This document shows positions 27,493-42,740 of a stretch of 64,000 nucleotides of DNA, piece by piece. The notes under the pieces were generated by a model, which saw only the letters and a list, made by a program, of their open reading frames with translations, had not been told where the DNA came from and did not search any database. Every line of letters begins with the position of its first letter. Within the stretch, counting starts at the first letter, position 1. A program made the translations under genes and the position numbers. This DNA comes from the human T2T-CHM13v2.0 reference genome, Homo sapiens: assembly GCF_009914755.1 (NCBI RefSeq), contig NC_060930.1; one strand, written 5' to 3'.

Positions 27493-28030
27493 TAAGACAC
27501 TCTTTTAATCATGTCACTCCCTTTCAAACACCTTCCATGGCTTTTGAAATGAGTTATAAAATGAAGTCCAAACTCAACTTAGAACTTAAAGTGCATTATA
27601 CATTGCCTCCAACCCATGTTCCAGCTGTATCCTTCATTCCTCCCTTATCCTAGCAAACCTGGGGACCACCCCCATTCCCCAGCACAATTTATGCCTCCAA
27701 CTGCTACACCTTTGCTCATGCTGTGCACCCTCTCTCTGCCCCCACAACTTATATGTGCTCACCACTTCTCTCGAATCAATTCTATCCATCCGTCAAGGTC
27801 CAGCTCCAGCCTGCTTTCAAAGCTTTCTGGTGGCAACAGGAGCTTTCAGTTCATACAGTCCTGTGTTTACATCTCCCTTTTGCACATACAACCTTATAGG
27901 ACTTTAAGGCATTTAATGCCTATTAACCTTCTGAACTATAAAATGAGAAGAATAACTGAGGTGACTTGAGCAGAGCACACAGCAGATATATCCTGCCTCT
28001 TGTCTCTCAGGCTTCTTGAGTGACATTTTT

Positions 28031-28048
28031 CCCATAATGCTCTATACA

Positions 28049-28107
<59 letters not shown>
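28031..28107. repeat. Long (GT)n microsatellite, ~38 units with one interruption
   Basis: Directly visible. Confidence 0.95.
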
Positions 28108-29763
28108 TGTGTGTGTGTGTGTGTGTGCATTTTATCTTTCCAGCTAAATTGTTAGCTCTTTGAAAGTAAGGGTCAATTCTTGCTTTTATTTAGCAAACCC
28201 TTATACCACATTTACTACATGCCTGGCCTGGTTCTACATGCTGTACTCTAGGAATATCTACCCCTTTCACCGTTCTTGAGTGACAAGCTGAGGAAACTGA
28301 GTATCTGATGACAATGCACAGGAAAGACAGGAGGGGGAAATGGCTGGAGGTGGGAACACAAGGTAACAACTGTTACAGCACAAATGAAGCAGAAAGTGAT
28401 TTTTAAAAATCATTTCCCCTATATATGCCATAGAGACCAAGAAATACCCTACAGTAGGGCAATATGCTGAACCTAACCAAATTGCCTTTTCTGGCAAGGA
28501 CAATCAAGTCATTCACATTAGAGTTCTTAGCTATTTCCTATTGTCAACCAACTTCTCCATCATTTGAGTCTTACACCATTATCCAAATACTGGGGGGAAT
28601 CCAGAGAAAGTACCAACCGGACAGAAATAATAAGGAAAAATCAGATACCATAAGAAGCAACTCCTAAGGTGTTACTCCTGAGGGTGCATCCCGCTGGCGC
28701 CATGCCTCCACCGCACCCCTGCTGGCATTAAGTGAACGCAGGCAGGCAGAGGGAAACTGCACAGGAGCTCTCCTGCCATCCTGCTAGGGCAGGAGGGGGT
28801 GTTGGCCAGGTGGCCAAACAGTCCTCCCTGTGGGATTGTACCAGGCTCAACCCATTCAAAGTCCAAACACAGGTCTACCCACACACTGGAAGCCATGAGA
28901 GGGCTTCAGGACCACTATGAGAAGGGCTATTCACAGCCTCAGAGAGAAGAAAACAGGATTTTTGTTGTGTGTGTGTGTTTTTTTAAGAGCAACAATGGCT
29001 TCATGGTCAAAAAAAGAGGGGGAGGGGGAGAAAGAAAATGTTGCTGTCCTTGAATTACTCAAAAGGACTCTAAGGGAAATGCCAGAGTCAAGTCCATAAA
29101 TTTTGAAGTCTTGTAGAATCCAAAGACTGAAGGCAAAATGTGAAACATAAATATGAATAAAAATTTGGAAAACCTAGAAATAGAACACACAGGACTTTGA
29201 CAAAAAGAAAAAATGATTAAAAAAATCATTTGAACCCCCAACACATCAAATAGCGCATATAATGTCTGGCCAAAATTCGCCATCTGGCTTCGAAATGTTA
29301 AAACTGGAAGGACACTGAGTTAGTGACTAAGGAACAAGGTTGAGAATGCTACCAGGTCTCCTGACTTCTGGCCGATGCTCTCGGTCTCCACAATGTGCCA
29401 CATGGACCTTAATCTCAGAGATAAAGACCATATGGAAGAGCAGGAGGGCTGAGCTGTGAAAGTTTACAAAAGGATGCTTTTGTCAGGAAGGAACACAGAA
29501 CGCAAAAGGGAAAAGAGAACAGAAATCAGGTGTTTTCAAAGGTGCCTGCAAAAATATAGGTGGAATTTAGTATCTGTGGAAAATGCTGAGTGGCAGATCT
29601 AAAATTATATATGTGTACACACATACAGGACAGTTATGAATGTAAAGAATATAAAAATTCCCATCATTCAAAAGTCCTCATAATACCTGATGGCAGAAAG
29701 CCTTTTTAAATTTTTATTTTAAAATAATTTTAGATTTACAGAAATGTTGCAAAAATAGCACAG

Positions 29764-30089
29764 TGTGTCTGTGTGGGTGTTTCTGGATGAGATTAGCATG
29801 TGAATTAGTGGACTGAGTAAAGCAGATTGTCCTCCCTAAGGTGGGTGGGCCTCATCCAATCAGTTGAAGGCCTGAATAGAACAAAAAGGCTGACCCCTCA
29901 CCTGAGTAACGACGACAGATTTCCTTCTGCCTAACTGCCTTCAAACTGGGACACTGGTCCCTCCTAGGTCTCCAGCTTGCCAGCTCATCCTGCAGATCTT
30001 GGGACTTGTCAGCTTCCATAATTGTGTGAGCCAACTCCATATAATAAATCCTAATGGTTCGGTTTCTCTGAAGAATCCTGACTAATACA
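29764..30089 (+). mobile_element. MLT2-type (ERVL) LTR, 5'-truncated, within an L1M
   Basis: gggtgtttctggatgagattagcat...ggcctcatccaatcagttgaaggcctgaataga...cctgactaataca. Confidence 0.85.
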
Positions 30090-30545
30090 CCTTCGCAGGG
30101 CATCATATCAGGGAGCATATAATGTCCTATATCTTATGACTGTGATATTAACCGTAACCATGTGGTAAAGGTGGTATCTGCTAGATTTTTCACTATAAAG
30201 TTAAGATTTATTCCTTTGTAACTAATAATCTTGACAGAGACACTTTGAGACTTTATAAATATCCTGTTTCTCCTCAAACTTTGGCCTGCTAATTTTAGTG
30301 TCCATTGGTGGATGTTATCTGAAGCAAATATTACTGTAGTGTTTGCTTCATTGTGAGTTTCAATTTCTCTCATTCTTTGTATTGATTAGAATTCTACTGT
30401 CCTTTCTTTCCCATTTCCTAATGTATTCAATTATTTATTTATGTAAGTATGCACTAATGGATATTTATTTTATTCTATAGGTTATAATCCAATACTCTCA
30501 TTATTTTGTTGCTCAAATTGTTCCAGCTTTGGCCTTTGGGAGCTT
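30090..30545 (-). mobile_element. L1MC/MD-type 3' fragment (continues at ~29700-29763)
   Basis: ttttagatttacagaaatgttgcaaaaatag; gttataatccaatact...gctcaaattgttccagctttggcc. Confidence 0.7.
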
Positions 30546-32334
30546 GGCAAAAAAAACATTTTTAAAAGGAAATCAAATAAGAGTTGACTCTGCTTAGAGA
30601 CAAAGAGGCCAAGTTAAAGGCTTCAGACTGCAGCACTCTTGGGGTTTGCAAAGTGGCCCTGGATCTCACGACCGGGGGTTTTGGCAAAAGCAGAACACTC
30701 AGGACACTTGTGAAGGGCACTGAGGGAGGAGACTTGGGTGGTGAGGCACTGTGAGCTTCATTTTTGGCAGGTGAACCATCCGGTGACTTCCATAGGATGG
30801 ACAGAAGCAGCTGAGGGATATGTGGGCACCTGTAACTCCCCTGCCAGCCTCCGAGCTCAGAATGTGAACTGTGAACCATCAGTGAGGGAAAATGAAGGTT
30901 GAAAACATCAAAGCCCCGGGTGTGAAGGGACCTAGGGTACATCAGACCTTCTAAAGTATGCTCCACCTGAGGCCAGCTTCTAAGCACCCAGAACACCTCC
31001 CCAAGGGTGCAGAGCCCTCCTGACGATGAGGGTGAGTCCACATCCTGATAGTAGCAAAGTGACTTCAGGTGCCCGCAGTGACCCAACAGACCTCATGGCT
31101 TGGTCTTCAAGTGGCAATCAGAGAGCACAGACCAGGGATAAAATACAAGGACAGTGACCATGCAGCCAGAGGGAGGAGCCAAGTGGATCTGGAGAAGGAG
31201 AGCCCATAGGGGGAGTAGCAGGGGCTGGTTCTACTGTGGGGCTGGAGAATGACAGTTGGCCCTGGATATCTGTAAAATTTCATATGACCTCTCCTGGGTG
31301 GTTTAGGCAGCTCCTCTCTGTGAGGAAGGCCATATTGTAGATGAAGGAACCACTGGGGCACCCAAGGATGACCAAAAACTGAGTGGAAGTACTAAACCAT
31401 GAATAACAAGAATGTTAAGGGGTCCTGATGGATATCAGCTCTCTTACCCAGACTTGAGTTCACTGTGATTGGACTTTGTCATGGATCATTGGTTATAAGC
31501 CTTTAGTGAACTTGATTAACCCAAGGCTGCTTATCCTGACTGCCAAGCTTGACCAGCCCTTCCCACATTGTCTTCCACTTCTGTCATGGGCAGCCACAGA
31601 GGGTTGACCAGGAGATAAGGGACACAGCAAAGACAAGAGTATGTGGAGGAGGACTGAGCATGTAGACTAGGTCCCTCACCCCCACTGAGTACTAACTGAG
31701 CGGATGGCTGGATGAGCAGAGCAGGGAGAACAATAGAGGACAAAGACGCACAGTTGTCCAGGGAGAATGGAAGCAATATTGAGTCTGAGAAGAATGGCCA
31801 GAATCCAGGCCTGAAGACTTAGGCCAAATTGAGGGAACAAGCAAGCTGCAAAGCTGAAGCGAGCTGAACTTGATGAGCAAGGGAACCAAGAGAATAGGAG
31901 GGGACAAGCAGAGAGCCACATGCCCCTGAAAGTTCCAGTGGGGGAGGGGGTGCCATACGCAGCATAACTGAGGAAGTGCTCACAATCCTAGGCTGTTTGC
32001 TCACTGCCTGGCTCTGAGCCGCCCCCTTGGGGAGGATGTATGAGAGCTGACAGTGTGTGATGCTCTCCAGACCTGGGCAGGACAAACCGAGCTCTACCTC
32101 CTATGAATGGTCTACTTCAGTCAAACATGCAGGTGCTCATCCTATCCTCCCTGCCCCAAATAACTCCGGCTATCTAAGCCTGACCTTTCCATTAGGACTC
32201 AGACCAAGTCCTACCTCCTCCACTGCATGAAGGCTTCCCACACGGTCCCAGTCTACTGGAACCTCTCATTGTCCACGCCTCTGTTAAATCCCAGAGGGGC
32301 GAATTGCTTAGAGCGAGGCTACTGAGAGAGTAGT

Positions 32335-32918
32335 CTAGCAGCACCAGCAGCACCTGAGTGTTAGTTAGACATTCTTAGATCCCATCACTGAATCAGAATA
32401 CTTGGGAATGGGACTAGAGAACCTGTGTTTAACAAGCTTTCGGGTCAGGGTTTCTCAAACTTTAGAGGTATTAAAATCACCAGGATAGTCTGCAGTTCTT
32501 GGACCAGACTGTGAATAGCACTGTTCCAGGTGATTCTTGTGCACACTGAAGCTTAAGAAGTACTGGGCTAGAGTATATCATTGGTCTTAAACTTGAGCAT
32601 GTAGTATAATCACCTGGAAGGCTTTTTTTTTTTTTCTTTTTTAGTGGAGATGAGACCTCGTTATGTTCCCCAGGATGGTTTTGAACTCCTGGGCTCAAGT
32701 GATCCTGCCGCCTTGTCCTCCAAAGTGCTGGGATTCCAGGCATACAGCACCACACCTGGCCTTGAAAGCTTTTTAAAAACACTAACTCAAGTCCCTGATC
32801 CCAGGAGTTTCTGATTCAGTAGGTACAGAGTGAGATCCAAGAATCTGCATTTCTAACAAGAGCCCAAGTAATGCTGATACTGCTGCTCCAGGGAGCACAC
32901 TTTGAGAACCACTGGTCT
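32335..32918. mobile_element. Cluster of MER5A-type hAT MITEs
   Basis: actgaatcagaa...tttaacaagc; aatctgcatttctaacaag...cacactttgagaaccactg. Confidence 0.75.
32623..32761 (-). mobile_element. Alu monomer (FLAM-like) inside MER5A
   Basis: Poly-T plus left-arm-length Alu sequence. Confidence 0.85.
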
Positions 32919-35796
32919 AGCTCACACATTAGGTAAATCACACAGCCATCTTGCAGTCTTACCTACGTGTAGGTCCTATCTCCTCAAATAATTTTTAAGC
33001 ACCTTGAGGGCAAGTAAACTTCTATTTTACTTTTCTGTCCATCTGGTACCTACCACATAGGAACCATCAATTAAGGTTATGATAGCCTTAATTATGTTTG
33101 ATCTCTGTCCTTTCTCAAAATGGAGAGCTATAATAGTGATTAAAAAGTATAATAATGTGAAAGCATTTTGCAAGCTAGGAGGTGCTATTCTAACATAAGG
33201 AATTCTTTTATACTCATTTCCAACAATCAAAACAAGTAATGTGGACAGAACCAGTTCAACCTCTCTCCAAGTGTAGGAATCCCTTCTCACACTTTCCTAC
33301 CAGATACTCCCCATCCCCAACCCCAACCCTGCTGAAACTTCTCTCCCATAATTTACTGGGTAGGGCAGACTATTCTGTGCTTAGATGGTTCCTTATACTG
33401 AAACAAAATGGTCTCCTTAGAACTTCCACCATGCATCTCAGTTCTTTCCTCTGGAATTCACAAAAAAAAATTATGGCCATATTTATTCTACCACAGCACC
33501 CATTCCTAGTCTCCACTAACATACTTCTAAGGAAAAACTGATCACCTGTTTTCATATATATCATTATGAGATGGTGGACAGAAAGTTTATTTCAGACCAC
33601 TGGAAACACTACAGAAATGAACTTCTGAATCTCATCTCCTTCCTCCCTAATTCTTTTCCCACTTCCCACTGGTCACTGTCAGCTCCACTTCCACAATTTA
33701 GCTAAATTTCCAAACTCTATAAGTGACAAAAGAGACAAGACTGGCTGTGCTATAAAATATAAGTTCAAGGGAGAAACTAAAGAGAATAATCAAAAGATTT
33801 TCCAAGACTCATTTCCCTATGAGTCTAAGACATAAAGTACAATTGTGTGTTTTACATAGGGCTCCCTATACCTGAGCACTCATGTGATTTATAAGCAGGC
33901 AATTATAGTAAAATCAATGTGGACATTATTCATACTTCTAATTGTCCCTCTCTCACCTTTCATTAACTAGAAATTGAAGAAAAATTAAGAAACAAAGATT
34001 TTGAGTGCTTTTCCCAATGAAACAGGAGGTCACGGTAATCTCACTATCCAAGCATCAAAGAGCACACACTTAAATGCACACACTTAAAACTTTTTTTCTG
34101 CAAGTGAATCTCCCAGAGGGCAAAGCTACAGGAAAAATAAAATCTACTTCCTATTCTCTTACACTCCTGATCAGACCCCACTTTGTCAGAAATAATATGT
34201 AAGACAAGCCACTTCCTTCACAAAGCCCTTGTTTTCATACTACAAGCATACTCTAAAATCACTATATAGATTGTGATTAGCTCACGATCGCCAATTAGCT
34301 CACATTCTGGGAAAAAATAAAGGTGGGTGGAGAAAATACCAGAAGAAGCTCCTTAATTTAATCCCTCTTCAGATTTCATTCTAGAAAGCAACTAGATACT
34401 CCTTTAATTTTTAATAAGATTTTCTGAAAGAACACACAAAAATTTATCTCTTTCCGGCTCATATGAACTATCTCGACACCTTCCTCACTGGCCACCAATA
34501 CCACCATCACTCTGTCTCTTTGCTGATGTCCCAGCTCTTATAATTCCTTATGGATGAAAGCAGGAAGGACATAAATCCCCGACTCTAAGCAAAGGGTTGT
34601 GTATCCTCCTCTGTACTTTGGTCCTCTATTAATGTGTCTGAACACCTTCTGAACTCTGGACACTCAGAGAATCCATGGGCATACTTTATAATTTTAGGAA
34701 ACTTGGATGAAAGATTTGCACCAGTGTGGAAAGACTTTACACATCTAAATTAGGAAAGTATTCCTCAGGATGAGGCAAATGCCTACTCAGGCTCACTTAC
34801 AATTTAGCATCACTAAACAGCTCCCGGAAGTCTTAAAGATCTACAGCTAACATCTCCAACAAAGATATCAGTTTTACCAACTCACTGATGATCAGCCTTC
34901 CTGGTTCTCTCCCTTCTTGAAGCTGCTACAATATTGTTGCTTCTGAGTGACTGCACAGTCAGCTGAAATGGTGAGATTTGAGGGCTATAAAAATTATATG
35001 AGTCTCTCTCCCCAGTATCACTTTCCCAAATACATCTTCTGAGGATAAAGAAAATATATCACTCAATTCAAACTGCATTCCAGGACAGGCTTTCCCATCA
35101 ATTTCATTTCTGTCTCATCTGCCCTGTGCTGGGCAATCAAAGGAACCAGCTGTTCTATCTCTTTATTCAATAAAGACTATCTGGTAGCCACCAAATTCTG
35201 GTTAACGAAACACCACATCAGAAAGAACACAATGTCATGTTGAAATTTAAGTTCAAATCCTTTTATAAGGAACTCGCCCATCTTTTGAGAAAGCTGAATA
35301 GCAGCAGATCCTAGTGGGAGGTTTTGTGTTTGGCCCTCGGGGCCAGAAAAGCTCAACTCTGCAGGCAGACTCCACATTCCTGAAGGACTTTTCTTCATTT
35401 TATGGATTTTAGGCTTCACCTTAGCTGGAATCCAGGATACTCAACCACTTTCAAACATGTACATAATCACCAAAAACTGGTAAAAATCTTTAACCACCAG
35501 CACTGTTTAGGACCTGCCCAGAGTGGTGAGCCTTGCTCAGATCAACTCTCTAGGCACGGATGCCTTAGGAGGAAACCAAATTGTGTTCGACCTTATATTT
35601 AAACATGGAAATCCTAAACCTTCTCAAACCATACACTCATCAGTATGCTGGACATCATGTCAAAACTCTTTGTGATGCTTCTCTTCAAGTGCAGGAGTGA
35701 ATCTCTATCTTCTACTCTGTGGGAGACCACGTTACTCCTCTACCGAATGTGCTTGTCTCTGTGCCCTGACAATTCAATGGTTAAGAATGGCCACAG

Positions 35797-35916
35797 GCAT
35801 TGCATGCTTGTATCAAAACATCTCATGTACCTCATAAATATATATGCCTACTATGTACCCACAAAAATTAAAAATCAAAAAATTTTAAGAAGAAAACAAA
35901 GTGAATAAAAACCAGG
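35797..35916 (+). mobile_element. Short 5'-truncated L1MA/L1PB 3' end
   Basis: catctcatgtacctcataaatatatatgcctactatgtacccacaaaaattaaaaa; TSD atggccacag at 35787 and 35917. Confidence 0.85.
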
Positions 35917-36297
35917 ATGGCCACAGAACTTTCTCCAGTGCATACTTCTTTCTCAAAGATCACTGAAGCCAGAAACAGAAACCTCTTGTGTGCCAAGCTC
36001 TGTAATCTTGGAATAGATCCTGGTTTCTTCACAGCCAAGATGAGAATACTCCTGCTAAAATCAGAATGGCTAATAATAATAGTCCCTGGAGAGACTGAAA
36101 GATAAGATTCTACTTCTACAAGATGTAAAACCTTTTATCTAAATAAATAACTTGAGGCAACTGAGATCGGGTACTTGCCACCCACCATAGCAGGATAAGC
36201 TATGACAACCTCTTCTGACAACCTGGCTTTACTCTGCACAGCCCAGCAGCAGCTGAAAGAAGTACCTACTGGGATTAATAGGATTGGGGCTATGTAG

Positions 36298-37179
36298 GTA
36301 TATTAGTTATTGCTGTCTGCATAATAAGTTACCCCCAAATTTTGCAGCTTAGCAACAGACATGTATTATCTTGCAGTTTCTGTGGGTCAAGAAACCAGAT
36401 AGCCTTAGCTGAGTGCCTCTGCTGGGTGCCTCTGCTCAAGGTGTCTCACAGGCTGCAATGAAGATGCCAGCCCTTTGCAGTTATCTCAAGGGTTGACTTG
36501 GGGAGGATCTCCTTCCAAACTCACTCACACGGTTGTTAGTACATCTCAGGTCCTCACTGGCTCATGGCCAAAGATATTCATTTCTTGCCACATGGACCTC
36601 TCCATAGATCAGTTCACCTCAGAGCTGGCTTCTGTCAGAGCAAACAAGTGAGAGGGCAAGAGGAAGAAAGAAAGATGCCTAAGATAGAAGCCACATTCAT
36701 TTTGTTATTGAATGTTGGGTCATCCCAATGCTTCTGCCACATTCTTCTTGTTAAAAGCAAATCACGGCCACGCGCAGTGGCTCACACCTGTAATCCCAGC
36801 ACTTTGGGAGGCCGAGATGGGCAGATCACTTGAGGTCAGGGGCTCAAGACCAGCCTGGCCAACATGGTGAAACCCTGTCTTTACTAAAAATACAAAAATT
36901 AGCTGGGCGTGGTGGCGCATGCCTGTGGTCCCAGCTACTCAGGAGGCTAAGGCAGGAGAATCACTTGAACCCAGGAGGCAGAAGTTGCAGTGAGCCAAGA
37001 TCACACCACTGCACTACAGCCTGGTTTACAGAGCAATACTCTGTCTCAAAAAAATAAAAAAATAAAAATAAAAGCATATCACTAGGTCCAGCCTACACTC
37101 ACAGGGAGAGGAATACACAAGAGGCCATACAGCAGGAGGTAGGGGTCACTGTGATCCATTTTGGGGGCTGCCTACCACA
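36298..37179 (-). mobile_element. MLT1-type MaLR LTR interrupted by an Alu
   Basis: ttatcttgcagtttctgtgggtcaagaa...ctgccacattct...ggggctgcctaccaca. Confidence 0.8.
36766..37070 (+). mobile_element. AluS-type element
   Basis: Full dimer; TSD aaaagca(a/t)atcac. Confidence 0.93.
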
Positions 37180-38391
37180 AGAAGAAAACATCCTTATTTA
37201 CCAGAGCTACATTCAAAAGTGATTAGAAGTTAAATGTCATGATATCTGTAATTTACTTTTAAATACTTCTGTACAAAAAAAAAAATAGGTAAAGCAAATA
37301 TAACAACATAACTATTAAATCTAGGTGGTGATTGTAAAGTTGTTCATTGTACTGCTCTTTGACTTTTCTGTTGGAAAAATGTGATCATAAAAAATCAAAA
37401 TCGTCTGATCTTGTTCACTTACAGTGGGGTCAGTGGGAAAAAAAGTATATTAACTATGCTAAATTTTAAATTATAACATTTGGGAGACATCCTCCAATGT
37501 TTAAATAGGCAATGCTAAATAACCTCTCCGACAAGTGAACTAAGTCCTTTGGGACCTATTTGGTACCTATATGCCCTGATGGTCTCATCAAAATGTTTTT
37601 CTTGTGATTTTGTCTAGATTGTATATTCAGTAAGGACAGAAGTCACACCAGATGATGAACTCTACTTGAACACTAGGACTACATCCTAGTACCCAGCCCA
37701 GTGCCCAGTATACTGTAGGTGTTCAGTAAATATACTTAACTTTTAGTAAATGGCAACTATTTATAATACCTTGCCCTTAAATATTTTAGACCAAAATTAT
37801 CTCTTTCAATACTTGATGACATGGAACTCCAGGGTCTAGAACTCTGGGGTTCAACCAAGGACGTGTATAGGTGCTTGAGCTAAAAGTTCATGAAGAAGTA
37901 TTCTGGCCTGTCCCATACTACTCTAATGCACTGCCCTAGGAGGGCAAGATGACCTTCTAACCAGGCAGCATGACAAGTTAGGCCCTTATGTTCTCTTAAG
38001 AGAATGCCCAAGGTTAGAACACCTAGTGTCTAATGCAACAAGACTTCTCTTTTACCAACAACATGGGAGAGCTATACCTCTGGAGGTCACCAAAATATTA
38101 AATGTAAAACAGTTTCATTCAAGACTTGTCATGGCTTGCCCTCTCTCCCATAAAAAATAACTTGTATTAGAAGGTGAGTCTAAGAGGTGCCTGTGCCATG
38201 GTTGTAAGGCAAGTTATCAAAACCTCTAGGCTCTTTAAGCTCTACCTCTATAATAATTTTGATCAGAAAAAAATATATAGGAGATATGTTAAAGTAGATC
38301 TTCAAAGAAATGCTTTTGGAGCTTCAACATTCAATCCTGAGCTTTTATTAAGAAAGGTTTTTACAAAAGTTTATATTCAAAAAACACGGTC

Positions 38392-38710
<319 letters not shown>

Positions 38711-39057
38711 AAAAAACACTGTCCACAAGGAAACCCACTCTCCCTTATATAACATCCATGGAAGAATCTTCTCCTAGAATTCAGGACCAAGAAAAAAATT
38801 GTCCCCATTGAAGAACTTGAGTGTTTCCTTTTCTTAGAAAATAAACACAAACCCCACGTTTCCCTTTTTACCTTGGTTGCCAAAAGCTCAAAGTTAAATT
38901 GCACCTAATCTCAGGAATTAGCTCATTCCAAAAGCATGATACTTTTTCTAACAGGCTTCTGAAACTTTTCTATTAATGTTTTGTAATATATTATATTGCC
39001 CTGTCTTATATGTATTATAACATTGTGGATTGCCTCAACTGACCTTGGGAAGTTAGT

Positions 39058-41095
39058 ATCCATTCAGCAAATAGTTATTGAGTGCCTACTGTTTACTAGG
39101 CCTTCTGTTAGAGACCAGGATTAGAGGGAAGCCAGTCAATTCCTTCAGGATGACAATGTCCACAGGCAAGGTTACCAGAAAGTAGGGGAGGGGAGGAGGT
39201 CAGGAAGAACCCAGACAAGTATAACACAGCACTCCCTTGATGGAAGTACAAGCTCAGTGCAACAGCAGAGAAGAGAAGCACCTCCAACATAGCCCAGGGA
39301 GGCTGGGGGAGGTTAGGAAGAACCTTAAGAAAGTTTCTAAGTAAGTGGAAATAAGTTTTGAGAAACTGTGAAGTGAAGCAAAGCAGGGGAAATAGCCTGT
39401 GTAAAGGCACGAAGTTGCAGAACAGCACAGTGGACTTCAGGGAATAAGCGTAATTTGGTGTGGCAGGAATCAAGGCACATACGGGGAAAAAGAAGATGAG
39501 GTTGGAGATGTGAGAATTCAGCTTGTGGAGAAAAGGAGTTTGAATTTTAGCCTAAGAGGAACTGAGAGCCTACAGTTCTAGTCTGCATTTCAAGGTAACC
39601 ACTCTTAGTGTTAAAAACCAAAACTGGAGGTTGGGACATCAGCTAAGAAACTGTGGTTAAAATCCAGGCAATAGACATGAGGTGTTTCTACCATGGTTGC
39701 GGGGCAGAAAGGAAGTACCTAGAGATTCAGGTACCTAGTGAGCACCCCGGTGATGAATTAGAGCCATCTGTTCGGTAAGCAAGCACTTACTGAGCATCTG
39801 GCTCTACAGCCAGACTCCCAGGGCCAGGCCTGACCCCCACCCCTTATTAGTCATGATCTCAGGTAAGCTAATTCACTACAATGTACCTCAGTTTCCTCAT
39901 TTACAAACCAGGCATAATAATACTAATGATAATAATACTACCTACCCTCATATGCCTTTAGTGAAAATTAATGAGAACAATTTCTACCGCATTTAACTCT
40001 CACCAAACCCATGAAAATAATATAGATATTGCTATATCACCATAGGAAAAAATATATATAGTAGGTATTTTATATATTATACATATATGCATAATACATA
40101 TTATAACATATATATATATTATATATAGTTTTGAGGGTAGGTATATTATACATAAGGGTATATATTATATATTGCATTACTATGTGCCTAAGCACACTGT
40201 AAATGCTCCATAAATGTCAGTTCTTATCAATATTAATCAATATTATTTTGACTATTTACAAGACATGGCTCTGGGTGAGTGGGATACAGTGACAAATGGA
40301 ACAGACAAGGTCACTGCTCTCACGGAGTTTACATCACATGAAGAGACAATAAGCAAATCAATCAATCAATTAAAAAAAGCAGCCAATGATCAGCGCTACG
40401 CAGAGAATTAAAGCAAGGTGATGTGATAGAGGGTGGCTGGCAGCTACATTAGAGTGGGTGGTCAGGGAAGGCCTCTCTGTGGAAGCGCTATTTAGACAGA
40501 GACATGAATGTCAAGCAGGATCGAGCAGGCAAAGATCTGGAGGAAGAGAATTCCAGGCAGGGGAAGAGTTAAGGCACAGGCCTGAAAATCAGAATAAGCT
40601 TGGAGTGTCTGTGAGGCAGAGAGAACCGTGTGGTTAAGATACAGCAGGCAAGGGCCGGGGTCTATGAAATGAGACTGGAGAGGTCAGGCAGTACAGGGCT
40701 TTGAAAGCCCAGTGGAAATGACGCAGAAGGAGCCCTCGAGAATGACTTCTGGCATCCAGATGGAGCAACTGGATGGACGGTGCTGCCATTCATGGAGAGA
40801 GGTCAGAGGGAATGCTGGGTTGTTGGGAGGATGAAGAGTTCTGTTGTAGGATGTGCTGAATTTCTGCAGGCTCTGGGACATCTAAGTGAAGATCTAGAAA
40901 ACAGCTGGGATAAAGGAGAGTGATTACATGTGGGAGTGTGCGGAGATAAATATGTGGGAGTATGCAATGTGAGATGAACAGGGTGGGGGCTGGAATCCTG
41001 TTAACAACTGATACATTTAAGAAAAAGCAGGGATGAAGGATCAGAGAAATCCAATATGTAAGATAAAGGCTAAAAAGTGTTCAGCAATGACTTCT
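39058..41095 (-). mobile_element. L2 fragments, with a MIR and TA-rich tract at ~39800-40230
   Basis: cattcagcaaatagttattgagtgcctact; ggtcagggaaggcctctctg; aatgacttctggcatccagatggagcaactggatgga. Confidence 0.7.
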
Positions 41096-41109
41096 GGCTT
41101 CTCCTAGAC

Positions 41110-41285
41110 TAGGTTGAAATTTAAGCTCTACCATTTACAAGCTTGGTGTCCCTGGGCAAGTTACTTGTTTGTGCCTAAATTTCCTCATGGATAGGATCGT
41201 TGTGAGCATGAAATAAGTTAATACCTGAAAAGCTCTCAGAATAGTGCTGGCACGGAGTAAGTGCCTGCATGTGTTAGTAGTTGCT
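41110..41285 (+). mobile_element. MIR SINE
   Basis: ctgggcaagttactt...gttgtgagcatgaaataagttaat...agtgctggcacggagtaagtg. Confidence 0.7.
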
Positions 41286-42398
41286 ACATCCAACAACCGG
41301 GGATCACCTGAAACTACAAGAGACTAATGTCTCATCAAGAGGGAGCTGGGAATCTCTGGAGCTGAAAAGGTGGGATAAACCTTCCAGAGGAGAAAGCCTG
41401 TCCTTTGTAGTTTAATACACCCAAGAAATCTCATTTCCATTAGCATTACAGAAGAGAAGAAGGGCTCCTCGGTTCCTCTCTCTCCAGTAGAAGCTTCCTA
41501 CTTCCAAAAAGCCAAAACATAATAGGAATGCTTTTGAATGGTAGGGTATTATTTACCCTTTCAAGAGCCAACTAGTAGCAGGTCTGGGAGTCAGGATGCA
41601 GTGGCTCTTAGAGTAAATGGGAGATAAGGGAAGAGCATCTGCTACATTTTAAATACACTTTTGTGTGAAGGGAAAGCAGGAGACAGGACAGAACTGGGTG
41701 GTGTCTTTAAAGATACGAGACTTAAAGAGATAAGAGTTAAAGACAGGAAAGATAATTTGTACTCAAAGGCCCGAATGGAGAGAACAATGAGCCGATGGGG
41801 CTGACTCCCAGACGGATGAGGTGAGTGAAAGGCTGGGGCACCGATGGGGGATACTACGGAGAGAGTGGCTTCCATGACTGAGCTCAGTCTTGACTGAGTG
41901 GAAGGGAAGTCAATATGGGAAGGGGCTAATCCACTGTGGCAGCAGTGGGGAGGTCTGGAGGCAGGCAAAGATCAAGGGTGGGGTGTTGCGGGCTAAGCAG
42001 GAGTGCACTTGCAGGCTGTGAGGGCAAGGTCAGGGGTCAGAGGGCCCCAGGAACCAGTTAAGTCTGGAGCTGGCCTATAGGAGAGGGCGGTTTAATGGAA
42101 AGAGTGAGGTAACTGCAGGGCTGAGGCTCACTGCTGTGAGGTGCTGGACAAAAGGTTCACACAAGCGCTGCGATGCCTACAGTGGGATGGGGATTGCCAC
42201 AAAGAGGATGAGCCTAAGTCAGTGTCCCTCCACATAAACCTTTAAGATTCCATGTGACTCTCAGGAAATATTTCCCTCAAACATCAGAGACAACGCTGTG
42301 AAATATAAATAGATCAAATGACATTTGAAAAAAAAACCTCAACATTCACTGGAAAAATGGATAAAGGATTGGGACAAATCAAAGACAATACATGATTA

Positions 42399-42740
<342 letters not shown>

